A DNA stretch of 64,000 nucleotides from Lepidodermella squamata (Eukaryota > Animalia > Gastrotricha), in assembly GCA_047495785.1 (NCBI GenBank), contig JBLDXI010000033.1, positions 930,001 through 994,000 on the forward strand, written 5' to 3'. Below the pieces are notes generated by a model that had not been told where the DNA came from, did not search any database, and saw nothing but the letters and a program-made list of their open reading frames with translations. Positions within the stretch are counted from its first letter, which is position 1. Every line of letters starts with the position of its first letter. Positions 1-14,800 of this stretch are shown here, one piece after another. Position numbers and translations under genes: made by a program.

Positions 1-232
1 TGTGTAGCCGACATTGTAGATCGCACAGGATGATTTAACTGTGAAAAGTATACTTTTCGACTCAGCAATTTGTCTATGATAGAACGCGAATTTGTCCGCA
101 TCAATGAACCATGTCGCGAATAAATAGCGCATGTCTCAGTAATTGAGGAAAAGACACTTCAACAGGATATTTAAACGCACTTCGTGTTGAGAATCGCAAT
201 ACATTTCGAATTCTCAGCAAGCTACTAGAATA

Positions 233-1075
233 ATGCACGAGAGGGGCAATTTCACGGACTTGAAGAAAATTGTTGCATCATGCAGGCGAGCATCAGCGGC
301 CCTAATTTCGTCAACTTCCCCTCTTTTAAGCCGACCAAACGGAAAGTCGAGAAAGCATCCGCATGAGAACCACTTTCACACCTGCGAGGTGCAGATCCTG
401 CGATCAACCTTTGATCACGTGAAGCAAATGGAGACTTTCCCTTGGGAGGTTCAAGACAGGTATGAATAAAAATATAGTAGTCCACTTTAAAATCAAAACA
501 TCCCTTATTTTGACAGCTTAGCAACTTCAAATCATGCCGAGATCGTTGCCAAGTGTTACAGATTTCAGAGTCGGCTCGTCGAGCTGCAAATGGATGCGGA
601 AAATATGAATTTAGCAACTATTATGATCAGCGTCCTCGAGCGATGCTTGGCTAAAATTCACAACCCAGCTAGCCTTGATGATGAAATCAATCAGATAATC
701 ACCCTTCATCGAGTTCTGGGCATTCATCCCAGGCTGACAGCTGCTATTCTCGAGGAAATCAAGCCTGTTGTATCGGCGCATCTAATATATGGCCACCTGT
801 GTATAGTTAAGGAGGAGAGTGAGCGTCGCCGGTCGTCCTACGCCGGAAAATATGTAGCACGCCAGCCTGTGGGCAGAACCAACTCGAACAACCACGCGAA
901 AGATATATTCAGCAAGATATTGCATTTTCGTCATCAAGAGAAGCCATCAAGTTGTCCGAACCTTCGCCAAGAATGTCTTACTTGCCGCACGTGGGATCGA
1001 TTCTTTGAATGCCTTATCAAGCGCTTCATAAAACCAACGGCGGAATGCAAAGGCAATAAGCCGCTCCTCTTTTAA
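233..1075 (+). CDS. Divergent globin-like protein G1 (2 exons: 233-459, 517-1075)
   Basis: Phase-2 GT-AG intron 460-516 joins an A/B-helix exon (EVQILRSTFDHVK..WEVQDS) to NLATIMISVLERCL-IHNP-IITLH(F8)RVLGI..CLTCRTWDRFF; homologous to eight other genes in the window. Confidence 0.75.
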
Positions 1076-1456
1076 AATGACTGAAAACGCACTCGTACTA
1101 CGTCATTTAGGCTACGATTCTTTCACCTCTCATTTTTTTCATTGAAATTCTATTCGTAAAAAGTAGCAATGCTCTATGAGCTATACATGGACCGTTGTAG
1201 CACTATAGATGAACCAATAAATCACATTGATTTAACGATTGAAGGATTTTAGTAGCCGGCGGGTCTCGCATTAAATTTGCATCGGATTCGCTCAGTTTCT
1301 ATCAGACACCTTAGAATAATAAAGAAGGTCGCATCTATTGGTTACAAGCCCGTTGATCGATTACGCCAGCCTCGCTGTGTTTTTTTCGCCTATTACAAAG
1401 AAACTTGCAGAAGGTGAAAAAACGAGCTGCACTTCGCCTGGCCTAGCAAATAGAAC

Positions 1457-2553
1457 ATGGCTTCCCGCGCCGAGTCCGAGGGCGGAGTAAGTGTCGCTGC
1501 GTCAGGTAAACCCCACAGTGAAGCTCCTTCGAACGTCAGTTCATTGCCTTCGATTGTCAAATCAATACACGGCCCTGGGGTCCGTTATTACTATCTAAGT
1601 GGTCAAAAGAAATACGACGATCGATTTTGGGATACCAAAGCAAATCTCGATCTTTACAACTGGCAGTTTCACAGAAATCGAGTTAAGCTTCGTAAGTTTA
1701 CTTTTAGAGTGATGTCCAGCTTAACACCATTTGTTTTCAGAGGGTAGTCACGTAGATGCAGATCTTCCAGCAGAATTTGTTAGGCAAGTTGAAATATTGG
1801 CTGATAGGGCGAAGCGAAAGAAGGCATTCGAGGAGAAGGAGATCGAAGAGAAAAATAAACTGCTTGCCGTATACAAACAGGGAGTCTCTCCTGATCCTTA
1901 CGCTTACAAATTGGAGCCGATTGTAGAGGCTAGGAGATCCTTCTAGTAAGGATTAATTTCGTCGGATGCATCTCTTACCTCTTTTGTTTTTCGTTCCCAT
2001 AGTAAAGAGAATTCAGAAGTCTTAAGGCAGCGGAGATCTGTGGAGCTCAGTGAAGAGAATAAGGTAATAGCTGGAAAGAATAAGAAAGCTATTCGATCGA
2101 TTCAATTTGACAAAGCGGAATCTTTTTATCAGGTAAAGCAAGCTTAAGTTCCTGAATTGCTTATTCCTTATTTTTCTGCATGTTGTGATTTTCAAGCACC
2201 ATCTGAAGCAAATGTATAAACTAACGCGATTCCCGGCTATCCAAAGCCAGCTGATAAAGGGTCAGATCTGCTTGCTTGATTTAACGCTGAGGAACCAGGC
2301 TAACTGGAGATCTCATGTTGCAGGTGAATCGACTACTCCCCGCGACAGCAAGGCGCCATCACAACTGGCGACGGACCGGTCATCTAAAGTCGAGAAACTT
2401 CCACGTGACATCGTCAATAAACATCCAGTTCTTGGTCATGGAGGACACCCTGAGAAGGACAGTGGCAAACGAAAGACTCTGGTTTCAGCAGACCCTCGGC
2501 ACACTCCGCCGGCGTCGCCCGAAGATGGAGATATCAGAAACGCGGCTTTTTAA
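1457..2553 (+). CDS. Hypothetical multi-exon protein, unknown function
   Basis: Frames join through short GT-AG introns (1692-1740, 1945-2002, 2133-2196, 2261-2323); AATAAA near 2634; no recognisable domain. Confidence 0.6.
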
Positions 2554-2679
2554 CAAAAACCCCGTGCAATAGTAGAAAACCGAGTGCATTTCCCGGTGAT
2601 CAAAAGTTACTTTGTTAGTATCTCGACAAGAAAAATAAATAGTTATGGAGAGATAATTCTTGTTTTATTGAAATACCAG

Positions 2680-3763
2680 CTACATTAAGCAGATTCTTGT
2701 TAAAAAGGGCAAATCCGAAGGCTTTGGCGGCTCGACAGAATTAGGACCCACTGGTTTTGTAAATTTATGCACTAGTAATGTCCTTAATGCTAAAACAGCG
2801 AAGGCCGCCAGGATGATACTCGCACCAACGATGCTGTAAGGATGCGGTATGACGCCTACAACAATTATCTCCCAAAAATACTGAAAAATCAACTCAGAGA
2901 TTGGATCGAGAGCTAAAAATGCGGGAGGGAGACTTTTTGACGCAAGCATATCCAGCGCAATTCTTCCACTGCCTAAGAGGCCTATGACTATGGTGGCTAC
3001 TCGAATATGCGTCTCGCATGGTGGGAGTCGAATGTCCCATACCAAGAAGAGAATCGTCGCGATCCAACCGCTAACAAAACCGTGAATCGTAGAGACGCTA
3101 GCTATTGGGATTTCCTTTAAGCACGCGTAAGTTGAATACATAATTGATCCTAGGAGTATTGAGCCGAACGCCAAGATGCATCCAACAACATCAGGCGGAT
3201 CCGAGTTGCTGAAAATGAAGTCTGGGCGGACAATGAATGCGGCTCCTTAAAATGAAAAAATAAAAAACCTCCTTAACGAAATGTAATTTCTAACCTGCAA
3301 CACAAGCGAAAAACAGTGGGAAATCAGTGAGACGCGGTCGTTGCCGCAAGAATGGCCAACTTATCATCATGGTTAAAAAAGGACCCATCGCTGTGATTGT
3401 TGCAAAATCTGGTAAGCGGATCCTTTGAATTGCATACAACGCAAGTCCGACCTTTCCTATTGCACTCATGCAACGCAATGTCAGAAATGTCCATACTCTT
3501 TTGTTGTAGCGTCCGAATTCGATGATAGGTTCGCTTTTATAGACAGCAATCGGCACTGCGGTGAAAAAAACCGTCCATTGCCGGATCATGAGAACAAACG
3601 CCCCAGGCAACGGGTCGGCGGCTTCTGATGAGGTCACTTTTTGGACGAAGACGTTATAGACAGCGCCGGAAAGGCCGGCAGAGATCACGCAGATGAAGCC
3701 GAACCACCATCGTAGGATGACGGAATTTTCCGGTATAACGTACCGTTTCCGGCGAAGAGTCAT
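2680..3763 (-). CDS. EamA/DMT family (SLC35G-like) membrane transporter; 5' end may extend further
   Basis: Two hydrophobic exons with EamA-type motifs (LTLRC..G, ATITAMGPFLT..SWPFL, FIVRPDFIFS, P.PYSIVGASII). Confidence 0.8.
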
Positions 3764-4462
3764 AATTTGAAAATCATCATCTGAAAACGAAAAAAGTGGA
3801 GTGGCCCCATATCGCTGCGAAGTTCATTATGCAGACATCTCACTGCCGGTCAGTACCCATGGGAGAAATTCTTATCGGGAATTTCTCGCAAATTTACAGC
3901 CCGGCATTGCGATAACAAAACGTACTCGTATTAAACAATGTCTTTGCGTACTTTTATTCAGATGACAACGGTAACAAAAAAGTTATAGTATTTAAAATTG
4001 CCAAAAACAGTCAAGTTTTTCTTGAGCTTTTTTACAGGTTAATTATCTCGATTTTTTCATACAGCTTTCTGAGCTACAAAATAAACTAAAACAAGGCATA
4101 CTGCGGTACCCGTCTGATTGGGGTTTTAATTTAACTAAATATGAGAATAATACTATCAGCTACTCACGAAACGATTTTTGCACATTTTGTTCCATGTCAT
4201 GGCCCTTCCATCAGGATAAAATAGCGAGAAAAATATGACGGGTCGGAACAAATATAGGTAAAATTAACTTATTATGCAAAAAATAAAAATAACAAAATTC
4301 AATGCGAATATCTGTTAATCGATGCGGAAACAACTAAATTGCCGTCATTTGATATTTACAGCGTAATTTTTCTAGCTATATTATGTACTCTGTTTTCGAA
4401 TATCGCAGATGCTATGTATGACAAGGAGGAAGGATCATATTTTAGGTAAACATGAAGTCTGC

Positions 4463-7400
4463 TCAGGAGCATTCAGAACCGAGCACATGGCTCACGAAGT
4501 TGTAAGCAAACGAGTATTGTTCTTGGTTCGGAATAAATTCTGGCCGAATATTGCGAATCATCCGCACGGTGTTGAATACGTCAACCTCGCCATCGCAGTC
4601 GACCTGTTCCTTCAGCAGGATTGTCAGAAGCGTCAGCCCGGTTCTCGTCGAAGCATCTCTATTCAACAAAAATTGCAAAAATGATGAAAAATCAGAAAAT
4701 TTTGAAATTTCAAAAATTATGAAAAATATGAAAAAATTACATTTTAATTTTAATTTGATTTCAATCTCAATTTTTTCTTATTTAAAATTTTAATTTTAAA
4801 ATTAAAAAAGGGTGCCTATAATTAATTTAAAAATTGAAATAAAAAATCAATTATTAATTTTCAATATTTGAATTTTTTCCAATTTTTTGAATTTCATTTG
4901 AATTTGAAAAATAATTAATCAAATTATTTCAACTCACAAGCAGTGAACGATAACTGGTCTGCCATGAGCCGATCGCCGTGTCTCATCGATACCGATGATA
5001 AACTCGGCGAACTGTTCAACCGAGGCCGGGACCCCCTTCACATTAGGCAACCAGGCTCCAGTATAGCCGAAATGCCGCACCTCGCGATTTGCATCCGTTT
5101 TCTTCTGGGTATTATTCACACTTAGCACATCGACAACGTAAGGCCGAGAAGATTCCTCATTACTGCGGCTACTGACCGCCGTTCTTCTCAGCGATTTTAT
5201 CCGAAAAGCGCCGTGGTAGATCGACTCTGTTTCCTCGCTAGGCCCGATCGGGCAGTAGGTAGGGTCGAGGCACGGCTGCGGGTCCAGGCTAACAACAGCC
5301 GCGGCGTTGTAGTCCCAGACAACGGACCAAAAATCTGAAACTGTATGCGGCATCGGAGATTGAGCCGCGATTAACGCCCTCGGTTTTTGATAGCCATCTA
5401 GCCAAATCGCTGAGATATAATCCTGCTTATCATCGCTAGGCGTCAGCAATTGAACGCGGCAAAACGCGGGCGGTAGAATTCGTTGAACCCGGTTTTTACC
5501 CGCGTTTTTCAAATCCATCGCCAGGTCGAATTCATTACGATTTATCGCCGGCTTCGTGCGTTCCAACACGTCGAATTCGCGCTGAAGCCGCTCGTTAGAC
5601 ACAGGGCCAACCATCGACAATGGGATGGCGGTTGATTTTACTAAATAGCTTGATAGCGCTTCATAGACTAGGTCGTAAACGAACATGTACTGTTCTAGGT
5701 TTTGCACCATTTTGTGCCTCTGTTCACGTAGCGTGTTGATAGTCGCTCTTATGTCGACTTCAACGTCGTGGGGCGAGTGCTTTGCTAGGGACATTTCAGC
5801 GCGTTTGATGGCGATATCAGCCGCTAACAGCGTACCGGTCCGGCCTATACCGGCGCTGCAGTGGACAAGGACTAGAGAACCGCCGTTTAAAAACTTGCCG
5901 CTGTCTGCCGCGGTATCGCAATTCTGCGGCCGGCTGCTGAATGGTTGGATTTTGTTGATTTTTCGAAGGAATGTTAACACAGGCGTTGCGAAGCGCACGA
6001 CGCGGTGATCTGGCCAGTTGGTGAACTGGAACTGGGTGACTACACGCGAGCATGTCTCGGTGCGTTCGCTAAGCGGGCGAACTCGAACACGCAGGGTTCG
6101 CTTCACGTAGAAGGCGAAATTCTGCTCGCTGATTGTTTCGACGCTGATACCGTCGAAGACTGCTGATTCTTGCAGCTCTGGCCAATACTTGTAGCATTTC
6201 ACTTTGCCTTTTTCGTGAGTCTAAAATAGAAAGAAAAGCCATATTACAAATAAGGACAATTGTATTGAAATCCCCTGATTTTTACTTTTTAGGAAGTATT
6301 TTTTCCTAGGTCCTAAAAATTCAGCCGTCAGCCGCACTGTACTTTGATTATTTTTTGGAACCATTTTCTAGTTGTACATGTCAGTTTAGAAGTGAAAAGT
6401 GGGGTTGGACGAATTTTGCAGTAAAATCAAAATTCTTAGATATAAACCAAATTTGCTAGTCAAATTCCAAATGTTCACATTTTTGGACCATTGAATTCCT
6501 TATCAATTCAAATAAACCATGGCAAATTCGACAAAATTAAAAATTAAAATTTTGAAGCGCTCATTTTTCGCTGGAAAATTTGAAGCTCCTTTCCTCAGCA
6601 ACCCATTTGCAATAAGCCTCATTTTTATATCGTTCGACACCTCGTTCATTGATGTTGAAGTGGCATTAAATCCTAACGATGTCATAAATCTCGCTACACC
6701 CTACTTTTCAATTTTCAAAGGTCAGTTTCGAAATCTGGATTTTTTCGATTTTCGAGCGAAATAATACCGGAGTATCAAACAAATGCAGCACAAATCCCGA
6801 AGTATCATCATGAAGCAAATCGGACCTTATTGCATTCGGCCGAAAAATCAATTTAAAAGTAAAGTTTCCCAGTAAAAATCTAACTTAAAAATATATTTTA
6901 CTCAACCTGAAAATTCCCGTAGGTTGAATAGTTTCGGACGACAACAGATTAAGCACTGCTTCCTAATAATTTATTTTTGAGAATTTATTGAGATGAATCA
7001 CACGAAAATCCTATTGCCACACGTCACAAAGTACCGATGAGTCAAAGCTTCACGTCAAAGCAGGCCATAAAAATGTAGGTCAGGTACAATATAGCCAATT
7101 AAGGTTGGACAAGAAAAAGGTCAACAGTTTGAAAGGTATCAGGAAATAATTCCCACTAATTAAATCGGTTGATTTTCTGACCTTGTTGGTTAAAATAAAT
7201 TATTAAATTGAAAAAATAAGAATTTTAGCAAAAAGAGAAATAATATAATATATTTTTGTTTCATTTCAGGGCAATCTAAAAACCCGAAACCCCACCCAAT
7301 TCTTTAGACATTTTTATGTGAAAACTGAAAACATATTTTTTCTTCGGAAAACTAACATTAGTAAGCATGACGACTCGGCTGATATTGAGCTGCCAAATCA

Positions 7401-10400
7401 TTTTCCAGAACTCGCCAACAGTCGACCCGCTGGGACCCTGGGACGCAACGTACTCGCGCTCGCCACTCGCGCCCTTGATGTAACTCGCATTGACGTAAAT
7501 CGGCTCTTTCGCGTTCATCTCATCGTCCAACAGCACGCAGTTGAAATCGTAAGGAAACACGTCCTTGTAGCGATTCCTCGCCGCGTTCAACTTCGACTTG
7601 CCGATATCTTGAGTTTTGTCAAGTTTCCTCAACAGCGACGCGAATTCCTTACGAAACAACGCGTTATCATCCGCCTTTCGGTCAACAATCGCCTGTTTCA
7701 GCCGATCGACACGGACCGCGGTACAGGCAGAAGTTCCATTAATAGCACTACCAGCTGATTGTAATGCCGGGCTGGGCCAGGCGTTAGGGTTTGAAATATT
7801 CGCAATCTGACTTGATTGCAAAGTCTCGCAAATCGAACCGGCCTTACTGCGTAAAGTTCCGTCCCTCGGCTGCTGCTCCAGGTCGAACTGCCCGGTTGTA
7901 GACGTCGGTGTCGAGTCAGTGGGCGGGGTGTTGAAACCAGCCAGGCCGATGCCCTGGTTCGGGACTTGAGTTTGACTGCTGCAAAACGCGGCTACGTCAG
8001 GTAAAAGACGGCCGTTAATTGAAACGGTGCCGTTATGATTCGATGTGAAGTGCGATTGGGTCGACTGATGGAGGGAATTTTGCTTGATGAAGTAATCTTG
8101 GGGGCCCAGGGCGGCAACGTGATCGGAAGCTCCGCTCGATGGCGAGATGTTAAACCGGCTGACTTTGTTGCGCGAAAATAGCTTCTTTTTCCTGAAAAAA
8201 TTAGAACATGAGCATATTATTTTGATCGTAAAAATATGAGAAAAAAATAAATTCCACCTTAACAATTCTAAATGACAATTTTTCCTGCTCATAGTTCTTT
8301 CTTGAAATTTTATTCCCCGTAAACCGACTAGAATTTTTTCAAACAGAATGTCTTTCAGCGGAACCAAGTTACAAAACTTGGCACCAAACGCAAACTAATA
8401 AAAAAGGCCATTTCCGAATAATTTTTATAGATCGCGTGGTCTGAAAATTGCGGAGAATTTCAATGGTGAAAAGGATTTTTGACGCATGAACGTTTCAGAA
8501 AATTCAGAAAAGGCAATTTTGGGCGAATAAATTCTTTTAAATTTAAATTCCGCTCCCGGTCAAATTCGGTTCCGCAACAGTCAATTTTTTTCCGGTTGCG
8601 ATGTTCATCAGGGAAGAAATTAAAAACAAAGAAAATTCGAAATTTTCATAGATTTTCAGCAGCAACTATTGCGGAGAAATCAAAGGAAAATTGCTATAAT
8701 AGTTTTTATCCGTTTTTTTGCAAAATTGCGAAGGAATGATCTCAAGAAACTGGACACTATAGGAACCCTAATACTGAATTTTTGAAATTTTTTAAAAAAC
8801 GTTGTATTTTTCTGTCCTTGAAATTTGATAAGATTTAACTCACTTCATGAGTAAAATGCAAAGAACAGCCAACGCGCTCGCCACGCAACCGCAACCAACA
8901 ACAATGCCGATAATCATTGTCTGAGTCGGGGTGACCTTCCCATCGCCAGCTTTCGCATTCGCCTCACTGACCATGTTCGCACTCGTGGTCGTCGTCGTCA
9001 TTGGAGGTGTCGAAGTCGGCTGCGATTTCGGCGAAGTCGACGAGGAAGATCTCGTTGATGCCGGATGGGTCTCAATCACCTTATCCGTCCAAGATGGAGA
9101 TGTAGCCGACGAAAATTCGGGGGTGATAATCAAAGGAGATGAAGTCACTTGTTGAGTTGAAGACGACCTAGCGATGACTGGGGTAGGACGGCCTGTGCTC
9201 TGGGGTGGGCCGATTACGTAGACCTCAGCCGGTTCTGACCAGTCACTAGTCAGACCCCTCGTATTTATAACCCGGGCTTTCACTAAAGCCAACTTCGAAT
9301 TGGTCATCCAGGACGATAAATCGTTAACGCCAAAATCGTAAGTTCGAGCTAGGACATTCGTGATATTAAGGACCATTTGAACTTGAAGGTTAGAAACAAC
9401 AAGTTGAGTAAGAGCTAATGGGCAGTTTGAGTCGATTTCCAACTCCCATTGAATCGTTATCGACATTTTCGATTGGCGAATAACCGTCATATTGAAAGGC
9501 GCGGAGGGTACTGAAAATAAATAAAAAATAGTTAAAAAATTAAATTTCATAAAATTATTAAAATTTATTAATTTTTTAAATTTTATAAATTATTGAAAAA
9601 ATTGAAAAAATTACCGTTGCAAGTCGTTGTAACAGTCAAAGTTTCTGAGCGGTACATTTCCTCAACCTGCGGGCCTTCACTCATAGCCATAACGGCGAAG
9701 TATTGCTGGTTATTTGGTTTCAAATTCGAGATCACAGTTGAGCATTCCATCTCAGACGCGCCCCTTAGGCACGAAGAATTCGTCTCGACCAGCAAAAATT
9801 TGATCAAATTTTCGCCATTCACCTGCTCGCTCGACGACGGCATTCGAGCCGAGTAGAGCCAATAAGCCACCTTAAAGCTGGTCGGAAATTCAGCGGGCGA
9901 CGGCTCGACGGTCCAGTGAAGCGTGACGGTTGTAGCTGTTGTATCTTTCACGCTGATTTTCAACGGAATTCCAGTCCAAATTGAGTTGTAAACTGCATCG
10001 CCCTCTTCACGCTCGGTGTTCTTGTACCAAACAGCTATTGTGTAGTTTGAATCTGCTCGAATGTCGCTGAGCTCAACACTCCGCCGCCTGCCAGACATCG
10101 AAATTTGCTTATCAGGGATGGCTTGATTCAACTCGTAATAGGAAAGTAGGAACTCGCCGGGTTCCGGGCAGTCGGCCGAGCGGATTGGCGGCTCGAATGA
10201 AACTTGAATTTCCGGAACGCCCCGGCGCCATTTTATCACCGACGTCAGGGTAGCGATAGGGCCTGGTTTGCCACATAGGGTGACCAATGGGTTGATGGAC
10301 CAACTTATCGTGCCGTTATCGCCGCCTGGCTCAGGCCGAACTGGGATTATTCCGACCAGGTAATGCGACTGGGCGTCTAAATCGCGGAGTCGGAACTGGC

Positions 10401-11862
10401 ACGAAGTCCGACTGCCGCACGCTCTGTCGTCGATGAGAGCTTGAAATGTTGAATTTATCAATTCTTCGCTGACGTAACTAGGCGGCCGGGTTACAAGAGG
10501 CTCCCCGGTATCGAGGGGTAGCACGAAAATTCGGTAGGCGATGACTGGCCCGACGCCGATATCGTCATTTTGATCCCACCGGCTCCAGCGAATTCGGGCT
10601 GAATTGTTTGATACATCGTCGAAAATCAGCTTTAACGCTGCAAATCGAGGCAGAGTGAGTGGCCGGATTTCGATGCTTTGCCGAACTGAGGCGCCGTTCA
10701 TGTTGGCGGCGAAGCATAGCAAACGGCGGCTCGTGTTTTGGGGAATGCCAGGGACGTTAACCGAGGCTAGATATGCGGTCGTATTGACCCGGGTGACGTT
10801 GATTGGGCCCAGCCAGATGGGTGGGTTAATTTCCTAGCAGAAGATGAATCAAGATTAAAAAATTATCCATAGATCTACATGAAATTTTCGAATAATTTTC
10901 AACTAGAAGATTTAGCGTTTAATTTAAAGCTTTATGGGCAATAATTTTTTCAGAATTTTCTACTTTTTAGACCAAATGTCCCAAGGTGGCTCCGAATTCG
11001 AACGCGTCAAATTTCCTCTTTTTATGACGTTTCCTGTTGATATTTTTCGGCCTAAGTGCCAAGATATAAGGCGAAATACAAAGTCAACACTGCTGCTTGG
11101 GAAATATGAATTGAAAAATTGAATCAAGGAAATTAAAAAAATTAAAAAATACTACCAAGTCCACCTAAAATTGTTAAAAAAATAGTTTCCGATCAAGAAA
11201 AAACTCACATCACTAAGTTCGATGGAAATCGTTGTAGGTATCGCAGGAGGCAAGCCGTCGACCGTGCAATTGGCAGTAGAATTCTGCCCAGGGTTAACGC
11301 TATTATACGACATGAGCGTCGTCATAGTTCGTTGCACATCTAAAAAAAGAACGAGGTCATAAAAAAATCCACCTCATTCTACAGAATATTTACTTTTCAC
11401 CAGCATTGTAGCTTCGATTTTTCGACCCACAGGTATAAAATTCGCTGGACATGTCGCGATCGTTTTCAGCCAACATCGAGTCACGTTATCAGCCGTTTGC
11501 ATGCCATTGTCTAGCAGCAACGGTAAATCTCGCATTCGGACCGCAACTGATTTGCAAGCGGGTGCGTTTGAGCATCTTTTCAGGCAAGCCTCGAGGTTCG
11601 CAACAGTGAGGCCGTCCTCGGAAACTACGCTCATAAAATTGCCGGGGCAGTTGCCGAGCTGGTTGATGTAGTAATAAGCATCTCCCTTAACGAGCATCGG
11701 AACTTTCCGCTCATTCGGCGGAATCGGCGTCGTAGTAGGGCCGTTTTCATCAGCTATCACTTCTGCATTGTCCGATTCATAGTAGTCGATGGCATTACCT
11801 GCAAGAGCAACACCAGGCAGTAGCATACAAAAAACGAGGCGAAAAATCGTTGATAAACGCAT
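4463..11862 (-). CDS. Receptor-type protein tyrosine phosphatase: signal peptide, PAN/Apple-like, Ig-like, about 4 FN3, S/T stalk, TM, PTP D1 (active) and D2
   Basis: NRYKDVFPYD, YVNASYI, YVASQGP, FWKMIW, KCYKYWP, WPD, VHCSAGIGRTG and QY.FVY in D1; second degenerate PTP domain; TM segment MIIGIVVGCGCVASALAVLCILLM; multi-exon. Confidence 0.93.
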
Positions 11863-14800
11863 CGTTCATTTAATCATAATTAAATGGTTTTCTTTGGGTA
11901 AAAAAACCTCTGCCTATAATAACAAAGTGATCAAGGTTAGATAAACTCATCAGCATCGTCGCGTCCGAAGCCTGAGGCGTGATATGAACTAGACGACGGG
12001 TGATTAAACAGTATAAAACCTAACCCACAATGTGACTCCATGGGTGCCACGGCGCTCTGACCTGTATTATTAATATTGTTTTTAGAAATATCTATAAATA
12101 ACAATAATAGGAACGCGAATATTAATGGCTGTAAAACACTTCCCAGTCTAGGTATCGCAGGACACAAAATGATGGTTGGTCTCTGAACAAATGTGAGCCA
12201 TTGTTGTCGCTCGCGCGCACAACATGCGCACCCTACACGCGACAACAATATTGCCAAAAATATAATGGCGCGTTTTTAGGCGAGGTGATTTTGCGCCTCT
12301 GTATATTACTTATTTAAATATCCCACGTTTTAGGCAACGCAGAGCGCGTAAAGGCTATATACCTGTAGGCCTATAAATATATCTGGAAAACGTGTGTTAA
12401 ATATATACGATGGAGAGGTGTAAAATAAAATATTACAGACCTTGATAATATATATGTGCGGATCGTTTACTTCCGTAGAAGCGGCGTCTCCGAATAACCA
12501 ACCGCTTGTCTCTACGACTACTACTGTGCGCGAAATACAGAACGACGTGTGCGCATTTAAATGACGCGCACACCTTGTGCGCGCGTGTCAAAAATATGCA
12601 AATTAAGGTGGGCCGTCGCGCTCGCGCACCACATTTTCCTCAATGAACGAGGCTATAGGTGGCTCTAAGAGAAAGAATAATATGTTGTATAAAATAGTAG
12701 AATTATGATTCACGTCGATAAAATCGCCCGTCATTCAAATCGAGATGACGACCTGGGGTGATATTGTATATTCGATATGCTAGCAATATGACAATGAAGC
12801 GAGTACACGTTAATGCCGCCGCCTTAACAGACTATATGCGGCAGTAAAAGTGCCCCGCGCAGACTCTATTAGGCCCCTTATTAGGCGACTTGAGGTCAGT
12901 ATGCTAATTAATAAATCATGTCACGAGTGGCGTGGAGGCTGTCGACAATAAGCTTTATTTACAAAATCAGCTCTGTCTGTGTAAGCCGGACAAGCTTCAC
13001 GCTGAAAGAATATTCGCCTGGTCCAACTTGAACAACGAATGGGTTTATTTTCGGGACAATTAAGAGAAGTCATATATTTTTCACGAGGAACCATTTAAAT
13101 TGAGTCGTTGTTTTTTGTTTACGCCAAAATTTCAGAAAAATACGTGCAAAGGTGAAAATGGCCTCGCTAGCTCCACTGGGACTATATTGCCAGACAAAAG
13201 TTCATCGCAAAGCTGCATTGAAAAAGCTTTTTGAAATGAGGAAAAACGACGTTGGCTACAGCTTTTTCACCTTTTGGCCAAACAAATGTATGTGGCCCTA
13301 GAGAGGAAGTAATTTAACGATAATATGTATGATTGTTTATTGCTTTTAGTGGCTGGCTCGCGACAGACACTGGCGATGATTTTTGTATTATTTATTTTAT
13401 CGGAAACACGCGCGCCTAAAATACACACGCACACACACATACACTTTGTTGTTCTTCGCGTTTTATTTTTGTTTCGCGCGTATTCGATTTTTGCGCCGCG
13501 CGCGCGCCGAAACTTGACACGTTTTTCATTTTGAAAAATTGAGCGATTGCGCGAAACAATAACATAACGCAAAACGATTTTTGCAAAACTCAAACAATAG
13601 CTGTCAAAAATTTGCATTTTTCGAAACGATGCTACTTGAAAAACGATTTCTCGTTTCGCAATATTTCTCAACAACAATGCAGAAACAGGTAGGTGAGTGT
13701 TTGCAGAAAATTACGTCGACTTGTCAAGAAGCGCCAAAAACAGTTTCCTCGAGTGTTGTTTTTGCAGCAATATTATGATAAGGATATTACTGCCGGGGTA
13801 GACGGGCTATTAAAAATTCAATAGGCCAACGCTATGCTTGTTGCAATTGTCGCACTAAAACAACAACGAAACGTGGTTAACGAAAAATTGTTGCGAATAA
13901 ATACAGGCGCGCGCTCTATTTTTGCGCGCTTTTCGCGCGCCAACTCTGCGATCTGCTGCGTTAAAATATTGGTAGGTTTTTGTTTTATTTACCTACAACG
14001 TGTTATTATTATCCCTCTATTTATATGTCGGGTTATTTACCGAACTCAATAAAAATATAAACAGCTCTACTACGAGGCGGGCAACTGTTTCCCAGCTGGT
14101 CTTGCTACTCTCAAGTACGTGACTAAAAATCGAGAAAAAATGCGTTTATTAATTCTGAAAAATAATCAGAAGAATACAAGTTGATGTTTGCAGCTGCAAG
14201 GTGATCAACAAATTATTAATTTTTACGCAAGGGTATAAATAATTTTTCGAGTGCGCATTTCCATACTTCCAGTGCTGCATGTGATGTCAGCCGAGTTAGT
14301 GGCGCGAAGCACATCATGTTTTCCGGTAAACAAAAAAGCTCGCATATCGCACAGCTGTGCGACAAAAATCATCGAGCGAAGCTACAAAAAGTGCACTAGT
14401 CAAGCGTCAATACGCTTGTTGTAGGTAAGTCTATTATTTTCGGCCTAAACATACGATAAACATTACACGAATTATGCTCATAATCGATTGCTGGATTTTG
14501 CGTTGCACTGAATTGCGGAGAAAAATTTGCAGAAAAATCTACCTTAAAAATAAAAGATTGCACGCTTTAAAAGTCTTTAAAATCGCGTCGCGTTAAAACA
14601 GCAAGATTTTCTAAAATTGAAAAGATCTAATTAGAATTCGATAGCGAGAAAGGGACAGTCGCGTAATTGAATGAAACTTCAACTAGCTTATTTACGCCTC
14701 TCAGGTGAATTGATGAAAGAGCAAGAAAAAGACAACATTTAGTCAAACTGCTGGGTGTTAAACAAGATTTTGGCGCGTCACTGGGTAATATTTTACGCAT

